Below are positions 26,752-36,264 of a DNA stretch of 64,000 bases, piece by piece. The first letter of the stretch is position 1; every line of letters starts with the position of its first letter. Made by a program: the position numbers and the translations under genes. This DNA is from an uncultured Rhizobiaceae bacterium (GTDB lineage: Bacteria; Pseudomonadota; Alphaproteobacteria; UBA828). Location: positions 60,859-124,858 of the forward strand of contig CAYSDJ010000002.1 in NCBI GenBank assembly GCA_964429775.1, given 5' to 3'. The notes below the pieces were generated by a model. It was not told the origin of the DNA, ran no database searches, and was given only the letters and a program-made list of their open reading frames with translations.

Positions 26752-26809
26752 TACATAATTGAAGTACTGGTTTTTGTAAATCTAACGGAAATGGTGCGAT
26801 TTTCATTTT

Positions 26810-28096
26810 TTATGCGCCAAATCCCGTCAGTGGCTTCCGTCGGCGCGCCACAACGTCGTGGTATAGATCGCTAAATTGTGCCGATTGACGAGACATACAA
26901 AATTCATCGGAAATCAGCCGGCTGGCAGCTTCGCCCATTTGAACACGCTGTTCCTTGGAATCGATGAATAATTTGATTCCCTTTGCCAGATCTCTACCGT
27001 CCCTGGCTGCCGCCAAATATCCTGTTTTCATATGTTGAACAGCGTCCCGCGTCCCGCCAGCGTCGAAGGCGACAATGGGTAAACCACACGCCATGGCCTC
27101 TAAGGCTGTGTTGGCAAGATTTTCATCCACGGATGGAACGACGGATATATCTGCAGCGGCATAAACTTTCGACATTTCTCCCGGTTCTTCCCTGTACCCT
27201 GCCAAGCGGACGTCGAGCGGCTGCAATTTAGTCCACTTTTCCCCGCCAACACCGGCCAGAAGAAGAACAATGTTCGGCAACCTGCCCAACATATTAAGCG
27301 CCGCGACAAGATGCTGCCCGCCCTTGCGAGAATTATTTTCCAATACATGCGCTGCAAATAAAATGACGATTGCATCTTCGGCGATGTTCAGGCTGGCCCG
27401 GCTAGCACTACGCTCTTTCGCACAAACCTGAAGATTGAATTGCTTTTGGTCCACGCCGGTGGCAATGCGGTGCAGTGGAAAATTGCGCAACAAGGGGCTC
27501 TGGCGAACCACTTTCTCCATCCAGCTCGATGGCGCGACGAAGGTGATGTCACTCTTTTCATAGGCGGCTTTCTTGAGCCGCCACAAGAGGGCGGTTGCGT
27601 CTCGGCGAACGGGCGGATAAGCCGCCAAATCCGGACACTGGCCACAGCCAGTTTGCCAACGCTCGCACGCCCCCGAATAGGCGCAATGACCGGTGGCCGG
27701 CCACATATCCGAGAGGCGCCACACGATAGGCGCGTGACGGGAAAATCCGGCAAGGGCAAAGGGCGACAGATACCCGCCGTGGGTGTTGTAAAGCTGAATA
27801 ACATCCGCTTCGCGGACCCAGCGATGGCGCACGGCGCGGCGCGACGAGGGAACATATAAATATTGCAGCCCGCTGCGCATGGCAAAAATTTCCGCCGCGC
27901 GGTGCCACAACCGGGCCGGCCCATCCGGCCAGACGCTCTCAATATTCTCATCATCGGACTGCTTGAACCTCACCAGCATGCGCGAGCGATGACCGAGCTC
28001 TCCCAGGCCCTGATGAATGCGAAAAGCCGCCTTTGCCGAACCACCGAGAATATCTGCCGTTGAAAAGTGGCAAATTGATAGCGCCGCCTCCGTCAT
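26810..28096 (-). CDS. Glycosyltransferase family 4 (GT-B)
   Basis: ICHFSTADILGGSAKAAFRIH N-terminus and C-terminal VVPSVDENLANTALEAMACGLPIVAFDAGGTRD (ExxxxxxxE). ATG at 28096 avoids overlap with the asnB-like gene. Confidence 0.8.
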   Translation of the reverse strand: MTEAALSICHFSTADILGGSAKAAFRIHQGLGELGHRSRMLVRFKQSDDENIESVWPDGPARLWHRAAEIFAMRSGLQYLYVPSSRRAVRHRWVREADVIQLYNTHGGYLSPFALAGFSRHAPIVWRLSDMWPATGHCAYSGACERWQTGCGQCPDLAAYPPVRRDATALLWRLKKAAYEKSDITFVAPSSWMEKVVRQSPLLRNFPLHRIATGVDQKQFNLQVCAKERSASRASLNIAEDAIVILFAAHVLENNSRKGGQHLVAALNMLGRLPNIVLLLAGVGGEKWTKLQPLDVRLAGYREEPGEMSKVYAAADISVVPSVDENLANTALEAMACGLPIVAFDAGGTRDAVQHMKTGYLAAARDGRDLAKGIKLFIDSKEQRVQMGEAASRLISDEFCMSRQSAQFSDLYHDVVARRRKPLTGFGA

Positions 28097-28106
28097 CGGG
28101 GGAGAC

Positions 28107-29894
28107 CTAGGCGCATTGTGGCTGTTCCTCAAGGCCGCGATACCAGAGCTGAAACATCAGGGCGCCCCAAATGAGATTTGTGTTGTCCGCCTGCCCTTTA
28201 AGATGCGGTGTCACATAACGATCATGGAAATCGGCGCGATAGAAACCTTGCTCCGAAAGCCGTTGCGGCGCCAATAAATCCTGCGTCATCTCGCTGAGCG
28301 GCCCGCGCAGCCACAGTTTGAGCGGCATGACGAAGCCCTTTTTGGGAGCTTCCAAAATCGACTTCGGCAGGAGCGGCGCCATGGCTTCGCGCAACAATTG
28401 CTTGTAAGGGCGAAACCGCGTGCGTACCGCCGCCGCCATGGAAAACATGCTTTCGACGAATTCATGGTCGAGGAAGGGCGTTCGCACTTCGAGCGAATGC
28501 GCCATCGAAAGACGATCGGTCATCAACAGAAATTCCTCCGTAAGCTGGGTCTCCATATCCATTCGGGTGATCCGGTCGCGCACCGAGGCGGGCGGTTCAT
28601 CGTCGAGCGTTGAATATAGAAAATCCGAGGTGCTGTTTTCAGGTATCATGTGCGGCTGAAACACAGACCGGCATTTCTCGGCATCGCTTAAATAATAATG
28701 GCGCCCAAAATACTCCCGCGCGAATCTTGCTTTGGTTCTGACGACCGGCAGGGTCCGGCCTTCAAAGTGACGCCAACGCATATAGTCGCCGAAGATCTCA
28801 TCCCCGCCCGTGCCGGTCAGCCCGACTTTGACCTCCTTGCTCATGAACTTGAACACCGCCCAGGACGGCAAGCCGCCACCATAGGGCTCATCAAGATGCC
28901 ACGCCATTTTCGGCAGATCCGCAATTAACGTTTCCGGATCAATGACGATTTCATTGTGCTCGGCGCCCATATTTTGCGCCAATTCACGCGCCAGGGGCAA
29001 CTCGTTCCACGTCTCCTCGCCCGGCCCGGTGAAACCGACGGAATATGTTTTAAGCGGCCGCCCCCCTTCGGCCAACAAGACGGCGATGGCGGATGAATCG
29101 AGGCCGCCCGACAAGGAACAGGCGATGGGTACGTCTGAGAGCGTCCATCTTTCGACCGCCTTGGCCAGCGCCGAACGGACACGCGCGTTTGCCTCTTCCG
29201 GTTTGACGCGCTCGCTGCCGAAGCGCAGGCGCCACCAGCGCTGGATGTGCAAATTGCCGGTCCTCAAATCGTATCGCAGGCTGTGTGCCGGCGGCAATTT
29301 ATTCACTTGGGCCAGGATTGTTGCCGGGCCCGGAACAAACATCAGGCTGGCATAGTGATAGAGGCTTTCCGGGTTCAAGCTCCGTTCGACGAAGGGCAGG
29401 GCCGTCAGCGATTTCAGTTCCGAGGCAAAGGCAAAATGCGCGCCGTCGGCAAAATAATAAAACGGTTTGATGCCGAATCTATCACGTGCGCAGAAAAGCG
29501 TTTTTTCCACATTGTCGAATATGGCGAACGCAAACATGCCATTGAGGCGCTTGAGCATGTCCTCACCGTCCAACGCATAACCGCGCAATAGAATTTCGGT
29601 ATCGGAGTGATCGCTCGAAAATTCAACACCGCGCGCCTCAAGGGCGCGGCGCAGCTCGGGCGCGTTGAAAATTTCGCCGTTGAAAATGATCGTGTAGCGT
29701 CCGCCCGCCATCGTCATCGGCTGGCGGCCGCCATCCATATCGATGATGGCCAGGCGCCGCATGGCGAGCGACAGGCCGTCACCGGGCGATTCATAGATGC
29801 CGCTATCGTCGGGGCCGCGATGCGCAATATTCTCGTTCATGGCATGTATCCAGGCCGGATCCTGGGTGCCGTGAATTCCGACTATTCCACACAT
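28107..29894 (-). CDS. Asparagine synthase (glutamine-hydrolysing)-like amidotransferase
   Basis: N-terminal nucleophile MCGIVGI and PP-loop SLSGGLDSS. 595 aa. Located in a glycan locus next to the UDP-ManNAcA genes. Confidence 0.85.
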   Translation of the reverse strand: MCGIVGIHGTQDPAWIHAMNENIAHRGPDDSGIYESPGDGLSLAMRRLAIIDMDGGRQPMTMAGGRYTIIFNGEIFNAPELRRALEARGVEFSSDHSDTEILLRGYALDGEDMLKRLNGMFAFAIFDNVEKTLFCARDRFGIKPFYYFADGAHFAFASELKSLTALPFVERSLNPESLYHYASLMFVPGPATILAQVNKLPPAHSLRYDLRTGNLHIQRWWRLRFGSERVKPEEANARVRSALAKAVERWTLSDVPIACSLSGGLDSSAIAVLLAEGGRPLKTYSVGFTGPGEETWNELPLARELAQNMGAEHNEIVIDPETLIADLPKMAWHLDEPYGGGLPSWAVFKFMSKEVKVGLTGTGGDEIFGDYMRWRHFEGRTLPVVRTKARFAREYFGRHYYLSDAEKCRSVFQPHMIPENSTSDFLYSTLDDEPPASVRDRITRMDMETQLTEEFLLMTDRLSMAHSLEVRTPFLDHEFVESMFSMAAAVRTRFRPYKQLLREAMAPLLPKSILEAPKKGFVMPLKLWLRGPLSEMTQDLLAPQRLSEQGFYRADFHDRYVTPHLKGQADNTNLIWGALMFQLWYRGLEEQPQCA

Positions 29895-29921
29895 TACCGA
29901 TACACCAGGTGCGAAGTGCGC

Positions 29922-31262
29922 TTATCCACCCTGCCTCTCAAGCAACAATTCAGCCTTTGCCGCCCTTTCCTCAGCCCGGATCGGCTGATCAGAGCCGTAT
30001 AATTCCATCCAAACCGGCGAAATAAACGATTGGCTGAGAACACTCCAATAATACGGTTTCATACCGGCAACATTTTTCGCCGGAACGCCGAACCCGCTGC
30101 CACGCGCCACGCTGTCGGCAAAATGGGTAATCGCCGCCTCGAGCTCCGCGGCACCATTTTCGAGAACTTTTGGTTCCGTGTGCACGACATCATCGCCGTA
30201 TTTTTCAAACATATCCCTGGCCGAAACGATGCGCCCATCAACCTGTTGCAATACCTTGAAATAGACCACCATGTCGTTCCAGCCGATATGAAACGGATAG
30301 GTATTCACCAGCATACTGGGGATGCTGTTAATCGGGCTTATCCAAAATCCGCCGCCGCACTCGCCAATCGATATTTGGCACTCCGTCGTCGCGTAGAGAT
30401 AAAATAGTTCAGCGGAAATATTTAGGCTCCGGGCATCGACGAACATGCCATTGAATTCAGCCGACAGCCCGGCAGGCAAACTGCGGTCTCCAACCAGCAA
30501 GACCTGATAGCCGCGCTCATTCAGGCGCTTTACAGCACGGCAATAGCTCTCCACGTCACCGCCCGACCTGAGATATGCGTCGGGCCATTCCGCCGTCGAA
30601 CGAAGGCGCAAATAGAGACAGCAGAGCCTGGTGTCTTTGCCAGCGGCCCGTTGAAGCGCGTCGGCCACAAGGCGCTTGTCCTTTTCGGGCAACTCCAAAC
30701 GCGCCGCCGGAACATCGCGGAGAAGGCGAAAGTAGGCCGGCACCCACTGATCTGGTGATGAACGCCCGGTGGGAATTTCGTGCGCCGAAAATGAGGCGAA
30801 ATATTCCATGTCAGTAATGATTCGCCGCGCCGGCACCAGCCAACCAAGGCACACGCCGATCAATCGAAACAAGGTGTAGCGCCACCCGTTAAAATATGGA
30901 AAAAGCGCCACCGTTTGCGCATCTACATCATACGGGTGAAATTGCCGGGTAAAAGGTCGGCGGAACGCGACCGGAATAAATACCAAATCCACATCGCGCC
31001 AAATCTTGCGGATTTTCCGGTTATGGGTTCCCGGAACATAGGCGAAAATTATGACAATGCGCTGGCCGACGCGATCCCGGCGCACGAGATCGGGGGTGGT
31101 AATCGTAAATCCAAATCCACCCGTCGCATGGAGCATCACCAAATCGGCGCGGACAATTTTCCGCCAATTCGCCAGGATCATCGCGATGGCATAGCCGGTA
31201 GCCATAACAATCGTTAGCGAAATACTTGCGTGCCGGAATATGGTTTTTAGCAATGCCATCAA
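29922..31262 (-). CDS. Hypothetical protein with N-terminal TM helix. Putative GT-B-like glycosyltransferase (resembles the TIGR04372-type pattern from memory).
   Basis: 446 aa. Segment ..CCLYLRLRS..YLRSGGDVESYCRAVKRLNERGYQVLLVGDRS..ECGGGFWISPINSIPSMLVNTYPF.. resembles an uncharacterised putative transferase family. Not verifiable here. Confidence 0.35.
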   Translation of the reverse strand: MMALLKTIFRHASISLTIVMATGYAIAMILANWRKIVRADLVMLHATGGFGFTITTPDLVRRDRVGQRIVIIFAYVPGTHNRKIRKIWRDVDLVFIPVAFRRPFTRQFHPYDVDAQTVALFPYFNGWRYTLFRLIGVCLGWLVPARRIITDMEYFASFSAHEIPTGRSSPDQWVPAYFRLLRDVPAARLELPEKDKRLVADALQRAAGKDTRLCCLYLRLRSTAEWPDAYLRSGGDVESYCRAVKRLNERGYQVLLVGDRSLPAGLSAEFNGMFVDARSLNISAELFYLYATTECQISIGECGGGFWISPINSIPSMLVNTYPFHIGWNDMVVYFKVLQQVDGRIVSARDMFEKYGDDVVHTEPKVLENGAAELEAAITHFADSVARGSGFGVPAKNVAGMKPYYWSVLSQSFISPVWMELYGSDQPIRAEERAAKAELLLERQGG

Positions 31263-32959
31263 GGCTCAGGCTGCCCGGTTAGATCCCAGTTGCAATAGTC
31301 ATCGTTCGCGGAAAGGATCCAATCCCCAAGCGCAATAATATCCGGTGATCTTTTCAGTGCCGCCGTGTCTCCGACGACCAATGTTGCCGCTAAACTCGCC
31401 GCCGCATCCTGGCGAAATGAAAACTGCACACTTGAGAGGGCGGTCGGCCGCAAGGCGAATGTGCCAAAGGCAAATTTTTGTGCCAATTCAGTCTGCTCGG
31501 GCGTTAGCGGCGGCAATGTTTCAAGCCGCGCCAATTGCGACAAATAGGCGTCCCTGTCGTTAAAATCCACGGTAAAGCCCAACCGGTCATATCGCCCCGT
31601 GCCTGCCGTTAAAACGGGAATGCCCCGATACGCTGCCTCAATGCCGATGGTGCCGCGCACCGTCAGGCAATAATCCATGATTGAGAAAAGAGATAGCGTG
31701 CTGATATCGCTGGAGGCCTCAATCAAGTGAATATGGTCCGGCCTTTCGCCCAGAACGCGCTTCAGCGCTGTTACCTCGGAATGCTCTGTTGAGAACTGAT
31801 CTCTCACATCCTTCACGATGTTGGCAGGGTGCACCTTTATGATCCAATTTAAATTCGTGTTCTCGCACGCAACCTTCAATACCTCGCAATACCATTGCTC
31901 ATAGTCATCAAACAGATCCTTGCCCCAAAAAAAAGTGCCGTCCCAAAAGATATGCGGAAATAGGACAACAGTTTTTTTCGCGGGATTGAGCGCTAGGCGC
32001 TCCGTCAGCGCCTCCCGATCAAACGACGACACATGAAATTGGGTTCCGACTTCACCGTACCACTCGCCGCTCGTATAGCTATCGACGAGCTCGCGCTCAC
32101 TCGCGGCACGGAATTCATCGCACCACTTCATGTTGGAGATTTTTTCCCAACTCTCACGGGAAAGGGAATGATGATGAACTTCGGCATTATGCGCGGCAAA
32201 CCGCTTCATGACGATCAAGCCGTCGCGGTGCGCCATATTCCAGGTGTAAACCGGAATTTCGTCGGCAATACACAGACTGGACACCTCGCCGTAGGGCGTA
32301 TAGCCGCGGTCGCACACAACCAACGCCCCGGGCCGATGCCGACGGAGCAATTTATGCGCGGCTTCGACAGCGCTTATCGAGCGGGCCAACGCGTCGATCA
32401 ATATGTTCCGCGTCGACGCATCGTTTAGATCAAAACTGCCTGTTCTTTGGCTCCGCATCAGGGTCGACATGGCATATTTTCCGCATGTTACGCCGCCATA
32501 GCGAAACGCATGCAGTTCATTCTCATGCCGCATCCCTAAAATTGCCTGTGTCGCTGCCGCGCGCGCCGCGCCGCCGATAAAGGGCGTAAATGTAATTATT
32601 CTTCTCAGTCCCAAATATTCATACGCTTTGCGGCCAAGCATGAAGCGCGGCCCGACCATAATGGGAGCCATGCCGGCGTGTTCGAATGCCGCAGCTACAA
32701 CCCGCTCAATGATGGCCATCTCAACACGGCAAAAGCCGAAAACAAGCACGCATTTTCCGCCGCGCGCCGGCATGCCTTGGGAGAATCTATTCCCTATTTT
32801 CGCTTTCAGGCGGCTGAGTGCATTGACTTCCTCTTTTTGCCGCTTGCGATAATTCTCATCTCTAATCGCCCGCCATTTTTCAGCCAGGGAAGACAGCGGT
32901 GGGAATATCTCAAAGGCAGCATGCTTGACCCTTGCCAACACCCGACGACCAATGGTCAA
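31259..32959 (-). CDS. Capsule-biosynthesis (KpsC/KpsS, PF05159-like) family protein, candidate CMP-sugar-dependent transferase
   Basis: 566 aa. ..VVLFPHIFWDGTFFWGKD..NWIIKVHPANI..DYCLTVRGTIGIEAAYRGIPVLTAGTGRYDRLGF.. matches my recollection of the capsule_synth pattern. 4-nt overlap with the downstream ORF. Confidence 0.4.
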   Translation of the reverse strand: MTIGRRVLARVKHAAFEIFPPLSSLAEKWRAIRDENYRKRQKEEVNALSRLKAKIGNRFSQGMPARGGKCVLVFGFCRVEMAIIERVVAAAFEHAGMAPIMVGPRFMLGRKAYEYLGLRRIITFTPFIGGAARAAATQAILGMRHENELHAFRYGGVTCGKYAMSTLMRSQRTGSFDLNDASTRNILIDALARSISAVEAAHKLLRRHRPGALVVCDRGYTPYGEVSSLCIADEIPVYTWNMAHRDGLIVMKRFAAHNAEVHHHSLSRESWEKISNMKWCDEFRAASERELVDSYTSGEWYGEVGTQFHVSSFDREALTERLALNPAKKTVVLFPHIFWDGTFFWGKDLFDDYEQWYCEVLKVACENTNLNWIIKVHPANIVKDVRDQFSTEHSEVTALKRVLGERPDHIHLIEASSDISTLSLFSIMDYCLTVRGTIGIEAAYRGIPVLTAGTGRYDRLGFTVDFNDRDAYLSQLARLETLPPLTPEQTELAQKFAFGTFALRPTALSSVQFSFRQDAAASLAATLVVGDTAALKRSPDIIALGDWILSANDDYCNWDLTGQPEP

Positions 32960-33021
32960 CGTAAATTCCTTCCCAAATCAGGCACTGGAATCGTTTGGCA
33001 ACAACTCACGCTTAACGGCCT

Positions 33022-33708
33022 CTAACCAGGCGGTGCGGCGTGCATGTTCGCCACCAGCGATTCAGCGAGCCAAAAGTCATGCGCCGTATTGATATCGATG
33101 GCCTCGATCGGATCGAGGATAAAGGGCTTCACCGCATCTCCCAAAACGATCCCCGTCCGGCGCAGCGCGCTGACGCGGCTCACATATATGGCGCTGTTTT
33201 CCTCATAGAGCGGTTCGCGCTGTTGCTGGCGGCGCGGCGCATCGGGGAAGAGACGGCGTAAATATCCGCTCTCTTCGAGGCGCCAGAAATCGCGCCGGTC
33301 CTCGCTCACGGACATGTAGCAATCGACCTCATCTCCGGTGCCACGCGCCGCGTCAAAAAACATGCGGATGGTTTTGCTCGAGCGAAACGGTGAGGTCGGC
33401 GACAGGGTCATGATCCATTCTGGCGAAACGCCTTCCTTCTCCTTCTCATCCAGCACATGCAAGAGGGCCGCTTCGGTCGGGCTATCGTCCGCCGCCAATT
33501 CCGCCGGGCGCAACACCACCTCGGCGCCATAGGTTTTGGCGACCTCGGCAATCTCTGCGTCTTCCGTCGAAACAATCAGCGGCGCGGGAATATCGGCCTC
33601 CAGCGCGGCCTCTATCGTATAGGCCACGAGCGGCTTGCCGCCGAGCGGGCGAATATTCTTTCGCGGCAGCCGCTTGGAGCCGCCTCTGGCGGGAATCACA
33701 ATGATCAA
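33022..33708 (-). CDS. neuA: Acylneuraminate (nonulosonate) cytidylyltransferase
   Basis: MIIVIPARGGSKRLPRKNIRPLGGKPLVAYTIEAAL, the canonical CMP-NeuAc synthetase N-terminus. 228 aa. Confidence 0.85.
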   Translation of the reverse strand: MIIVIPARGGSKRLPRKNIRPLGGKPLVAYTIEAALEADIPAPLIVSTEDAEIAEVAKTYGAEVVLRPAELAADDSPTEAALLHVLDEKEKEGVSPEWIMTLSPTSPFRSSKTIRMFFDAARGTGDEVDCYMSVSEDRRDFWRLEESGYLRRLFPDAPRRQQQREPLYEENSAIYVSRVSALRRTGIVLGDAVKPFILDPIEAIDINTAHDFWLAESLVANMHAAPPG

Positions 33709-33726
33709 GGTGCGGGCAGACTTAGG

Positions 33727-34077
33727 TCATTCCATCGCGTTCAGGGTCTCGTGCAAAGTAACAACGCCGGTCAGGCGAAATTCCTTATCGAGCACGGGAA
33801 CCATGGCGATGCCGAAATGTTTGAAAAGCTCAAGCGCACGCGCCGAATCGGGCGCGTCCAAATGTTTAAAGCTGTGATTGACGAAATCCGCCAACGGCGC
33901 ATGCACGCCAACGCCGCGCAACAGAGCGCGCAAAATATCGCCTTCGCTGATAACTCCAACAACCTTTTCACCCTCGACCACGACGGCGCTTCGGCTGTGG
34001 GTATGCTCGATTACTTCCGCCGCGTCCAACAGCGTGGCGTTCTGGGCGACAATATAATCTGTATATTCCAATGCCAT
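33727..34077 (-). CDS. Stand-alone CBS-pair domain protein
   Basis: 116 aa with two CBS-like repeats (..VVVEGEKVVGVISEGDILRALL.. and ..MVPVLDKEFRLTGVVTLHETL..). Confidence 0.7.
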   Translation of the reverse strand: MALEYTDYIVAQNATLLDAAEVIEHTHSRSAVVVEGEKVVGVISEGDILRALLRGVGVHAPLADFVNHSFKHLDAPDSARALELFKHFGIAMVPVLDKEFRLTGVVTLHETLNAME

Positions 34078-34090
34078 GTGCCGGGCTCCG

Positions 34091-35224
34091 CTACAGGGTT
34101 AGCCGTTTGATTAACAGCCGGTCATTGATCGGTGTGTTTTCAAGGCGGTCAATGATACGGCTTGAGGATTTTCCGTCACCATACGGATTGCTGCAATTTT
34201 TCACGATTTGTTGAAACTCGTCCGAGAGGGCGCGCTTGATGCCATCGGTAATCGCCGCGATCTCGATTGGCACATCGATCACATTATCGCCGCGCACCCG
34301 GTCGAGTTGGCGGCGGCCGATATTGACCGTCGCCACTTTGAGCGTCGGCGCCTCCAGCAGGCCGGAGCTCGAATTACCGACAATACAGGCGGCATTGGCG
34401 AGAAAGCCGAGATAATCGCCGCGCGATAAATTATCGAACATCAGCGTCTCGCCGGTGCGGAACTTGAACAAGGCGCGCCTGACGGCGCCCGCCCCGGCAT
34501 CATTGTTGGGCAGCACCCACACTTTCTGCATGTCGAGGGCCTCAAGCGCCTTACCGAGCGTCATCGCCTGCTCATAGGCGCTGTCCATTTCCTCGGTCAC
34601 CGGATGCTGGACGACCATTAAATAGGGCCGGTCAAAATCAAAATCATATTTCGCCGCAAGCTCGCGTCGGCTCAGAATTTCGCCCTCAACAATCTCATCG
34701 AGCTGCGGCGCGCCGACATTGTGAACGCGAAAATCCTCTTCGCCCAAATTGCGTAATCTGGTGGCGGCATCCTCATTGGCGGCAAGATGAAGATGCACCA
34801 GCTTACCGATGGCGTGTCGGCTCACGCCGTCGATATTTCCCGAGCGCTCGCCGGCCTGAATATGGGCGACCGGCGTGTAGGTATAGGCGGCGGCCACTGC
34901 GCCCATGAGCTGCTCCGCCCGGTCTCCCGACAACACCACCCAGGTTGGGCGCTCGCGGTTAAGCGTATCAGCGAAGGAGCTCAAAAACACACCAAGGGAT
35001 TTTGACATGGAGTAGTGGTTATGGCCTTCGAGCGCCATGTAGATTTCATCCGAAACGGTAAAGCCGTCGTTCCTGATCTCGTCGATCAGGGTGCCGTAGG
35101 CGGGCAGCAGCAGCATGTTGGTGGCGCAAATATGGTAATCCACATTGCGTTTTTCGCAGAGCCGTAGAATCGGGCGGATATAGCCCCATTCACTGCGCGA
35201 GCCGGTGAGGAACAGCAGCTTCAT
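34091..35224 (-). CDS. neuC: UDP-N-acetylglucosamine 2-epimerase (hydrolysing), NeuC/LegG-like
   Basis: MKLLFLTGSRSEWGYIRPIL N-terminus is typical of hydrolysing NeuC-type epimerases. 377 aa. 4-nt overlap with neuB. Confidence 0.8.
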   Translation of the reverse strand: MKLLFLTGSRSEWGYIRPILRLCEKRNVDYHICATNMLLLPAYGTLIDEIRNDGFTVSDEIYMALEGHNHYSMSKSLGVFLSSFADTLNRERPTWVVLSGDRAEQLMGAVAAAYTYTPVAHIQAGERSGNIDGVSRHAIGKLVHLHLAANEDAATRLRNLGEEDFRVHNVGAPQLDEIVEGEILSRRELAAKYDFDFDRPYLMVVQHPVTEEMDSAYEQAMTLGKALEALDMQKVWVLPNNDAGAGAVRRALFKFRTGETLMFDNLSRGDYLGFLANAACIVGNSSSGLLEAPTLKVATVNIGRRQLDRVRGDNVIDVPIEIAAITDGIKRALSDEFQQIVKNCSNPYGDGKSSSRIIDRLENTPINDRLLIKRLTL

Positions 35225-36264
35225 GCGCCGGCCGGCTCGAAATCGTCCCAGCCGAGGAGAATGTTTTCATCCAGGTCCCGCGCCGCGCGCCGGCCGATAA
35301 CTTCGGCCATGCAATGCGAGGGGATTCCCGTGCCCGGCCGCTTCGACCAGACCATATCGCCGGTGAACTCCTCGCCGGCCTTGATGGCGCGTGTCGTCAC
35401 CAGGCTGCGGAACGCCCAGGTCCGGATCGGTTGCTCAAGCCCATGCACTTCGCGGCGCGCGCCCCGCGCCGCCTCGATCTTGCGAATGCCATCGACCAAT
35501 TCTGTTAGATCATCAAAATCTATCGACACCGACTGATCCGGGCCGGGCTGCTTTTTGTCCAGAATAACGTGCTTTTCGATGATCGCGGCGCCGAGCGTAA
35601 CGGCGGCAAAACAGGTGAACAAATCCGGCGTATGATCGGAATGGCCGATCACCGCCTCGGGAAAACGCTCCTGCAGGACGGATATGACATCGAGATTGAT
35701 ATCCTCATAAGCGGGCGGATATTCGCTGACGCAATTGAGCAACGCCAATGAATCGCTGCGCGCGATCACGGCCTTATAGGTGCGTTCGATCTCATCGAGC
35801 GTACACATGCCGGTGGAGACAATCATCGGCTGACCGAAATCGGCGATTTTCTCGAGGCTGGGAACGTCCGTCATTTCGCCTGAGCCGATCTTATAGGCGT
35901 CCACGCCGAGCGTGTTCAGCTCGCGCGCGGCGGCGTAACTGAACGGCGTGCAAAGATATTGGATTCCGGTCGCCTCGCAATGCGCTTTCAACTCGCGGTG
36001 CTGGTCGAGGGTGAGGGCGTATTTTTTGAGAAACTCATAGAGCGGCTCCTCGAAATTATCCGACATCGGCGCATCGGGCAGCATCTCCTCATCCGGCAGA
36101 TGGTGCTGAAACTTGATCGCATCCGCGCCGGCCCTGTGTGCGCGGGTGACCATCTCGCGCGCCGCCGCCGTATCGCCCAAATGATTGTCGCAGCCCTCGG
36201 CGATGATGAAAGCCGGATGCCCGGCGCCGATCTTTCTGCCGGCGATCTCGATTAGTTTGCTCAT
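35221..36264 (-). CDS. neuB: N-acetylneuraminate (nonulosonate) synthase, PEP-condensing
   Basis: KIGAGHPAFIIAEGCDNHLGD N-terminus and a C-terminal SAF/antifreeze-like domain (..LVTTRAIKAGEEFT..). 347 aa. Confidence 0.85.
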   Translation of the reverse strand: MSKLIEIAGRKIGAGHPAFIIAEGCDNHLGDTAAAREMVTRAHRAGADAIKFQHHLPDEEMLPDAPMSDNFEEPLYEFLKKYALTLDQHRELKAHCEATGIQYLCTPFSYAAARELNTLGVDAYKIGSGEMTDVPSLEKIADFGQPMIVSTGMCTLDEIERTYKAVIARSDSLALLNCVSEYPPAYEDINLDVISVLQERFPEAVIGHSDHTPDLFTCFAAVTLGAAIIEKHVILDKKQPGPDQSVSIDFDDLTELVDGIRKIEAARGARREVHGLEQPIRTWAFRSLVTTRAIKAGEEFTGDMVWSKRPGTGIPSHCMAEVIGRRAARDLDENILLGWDDFEPAGA

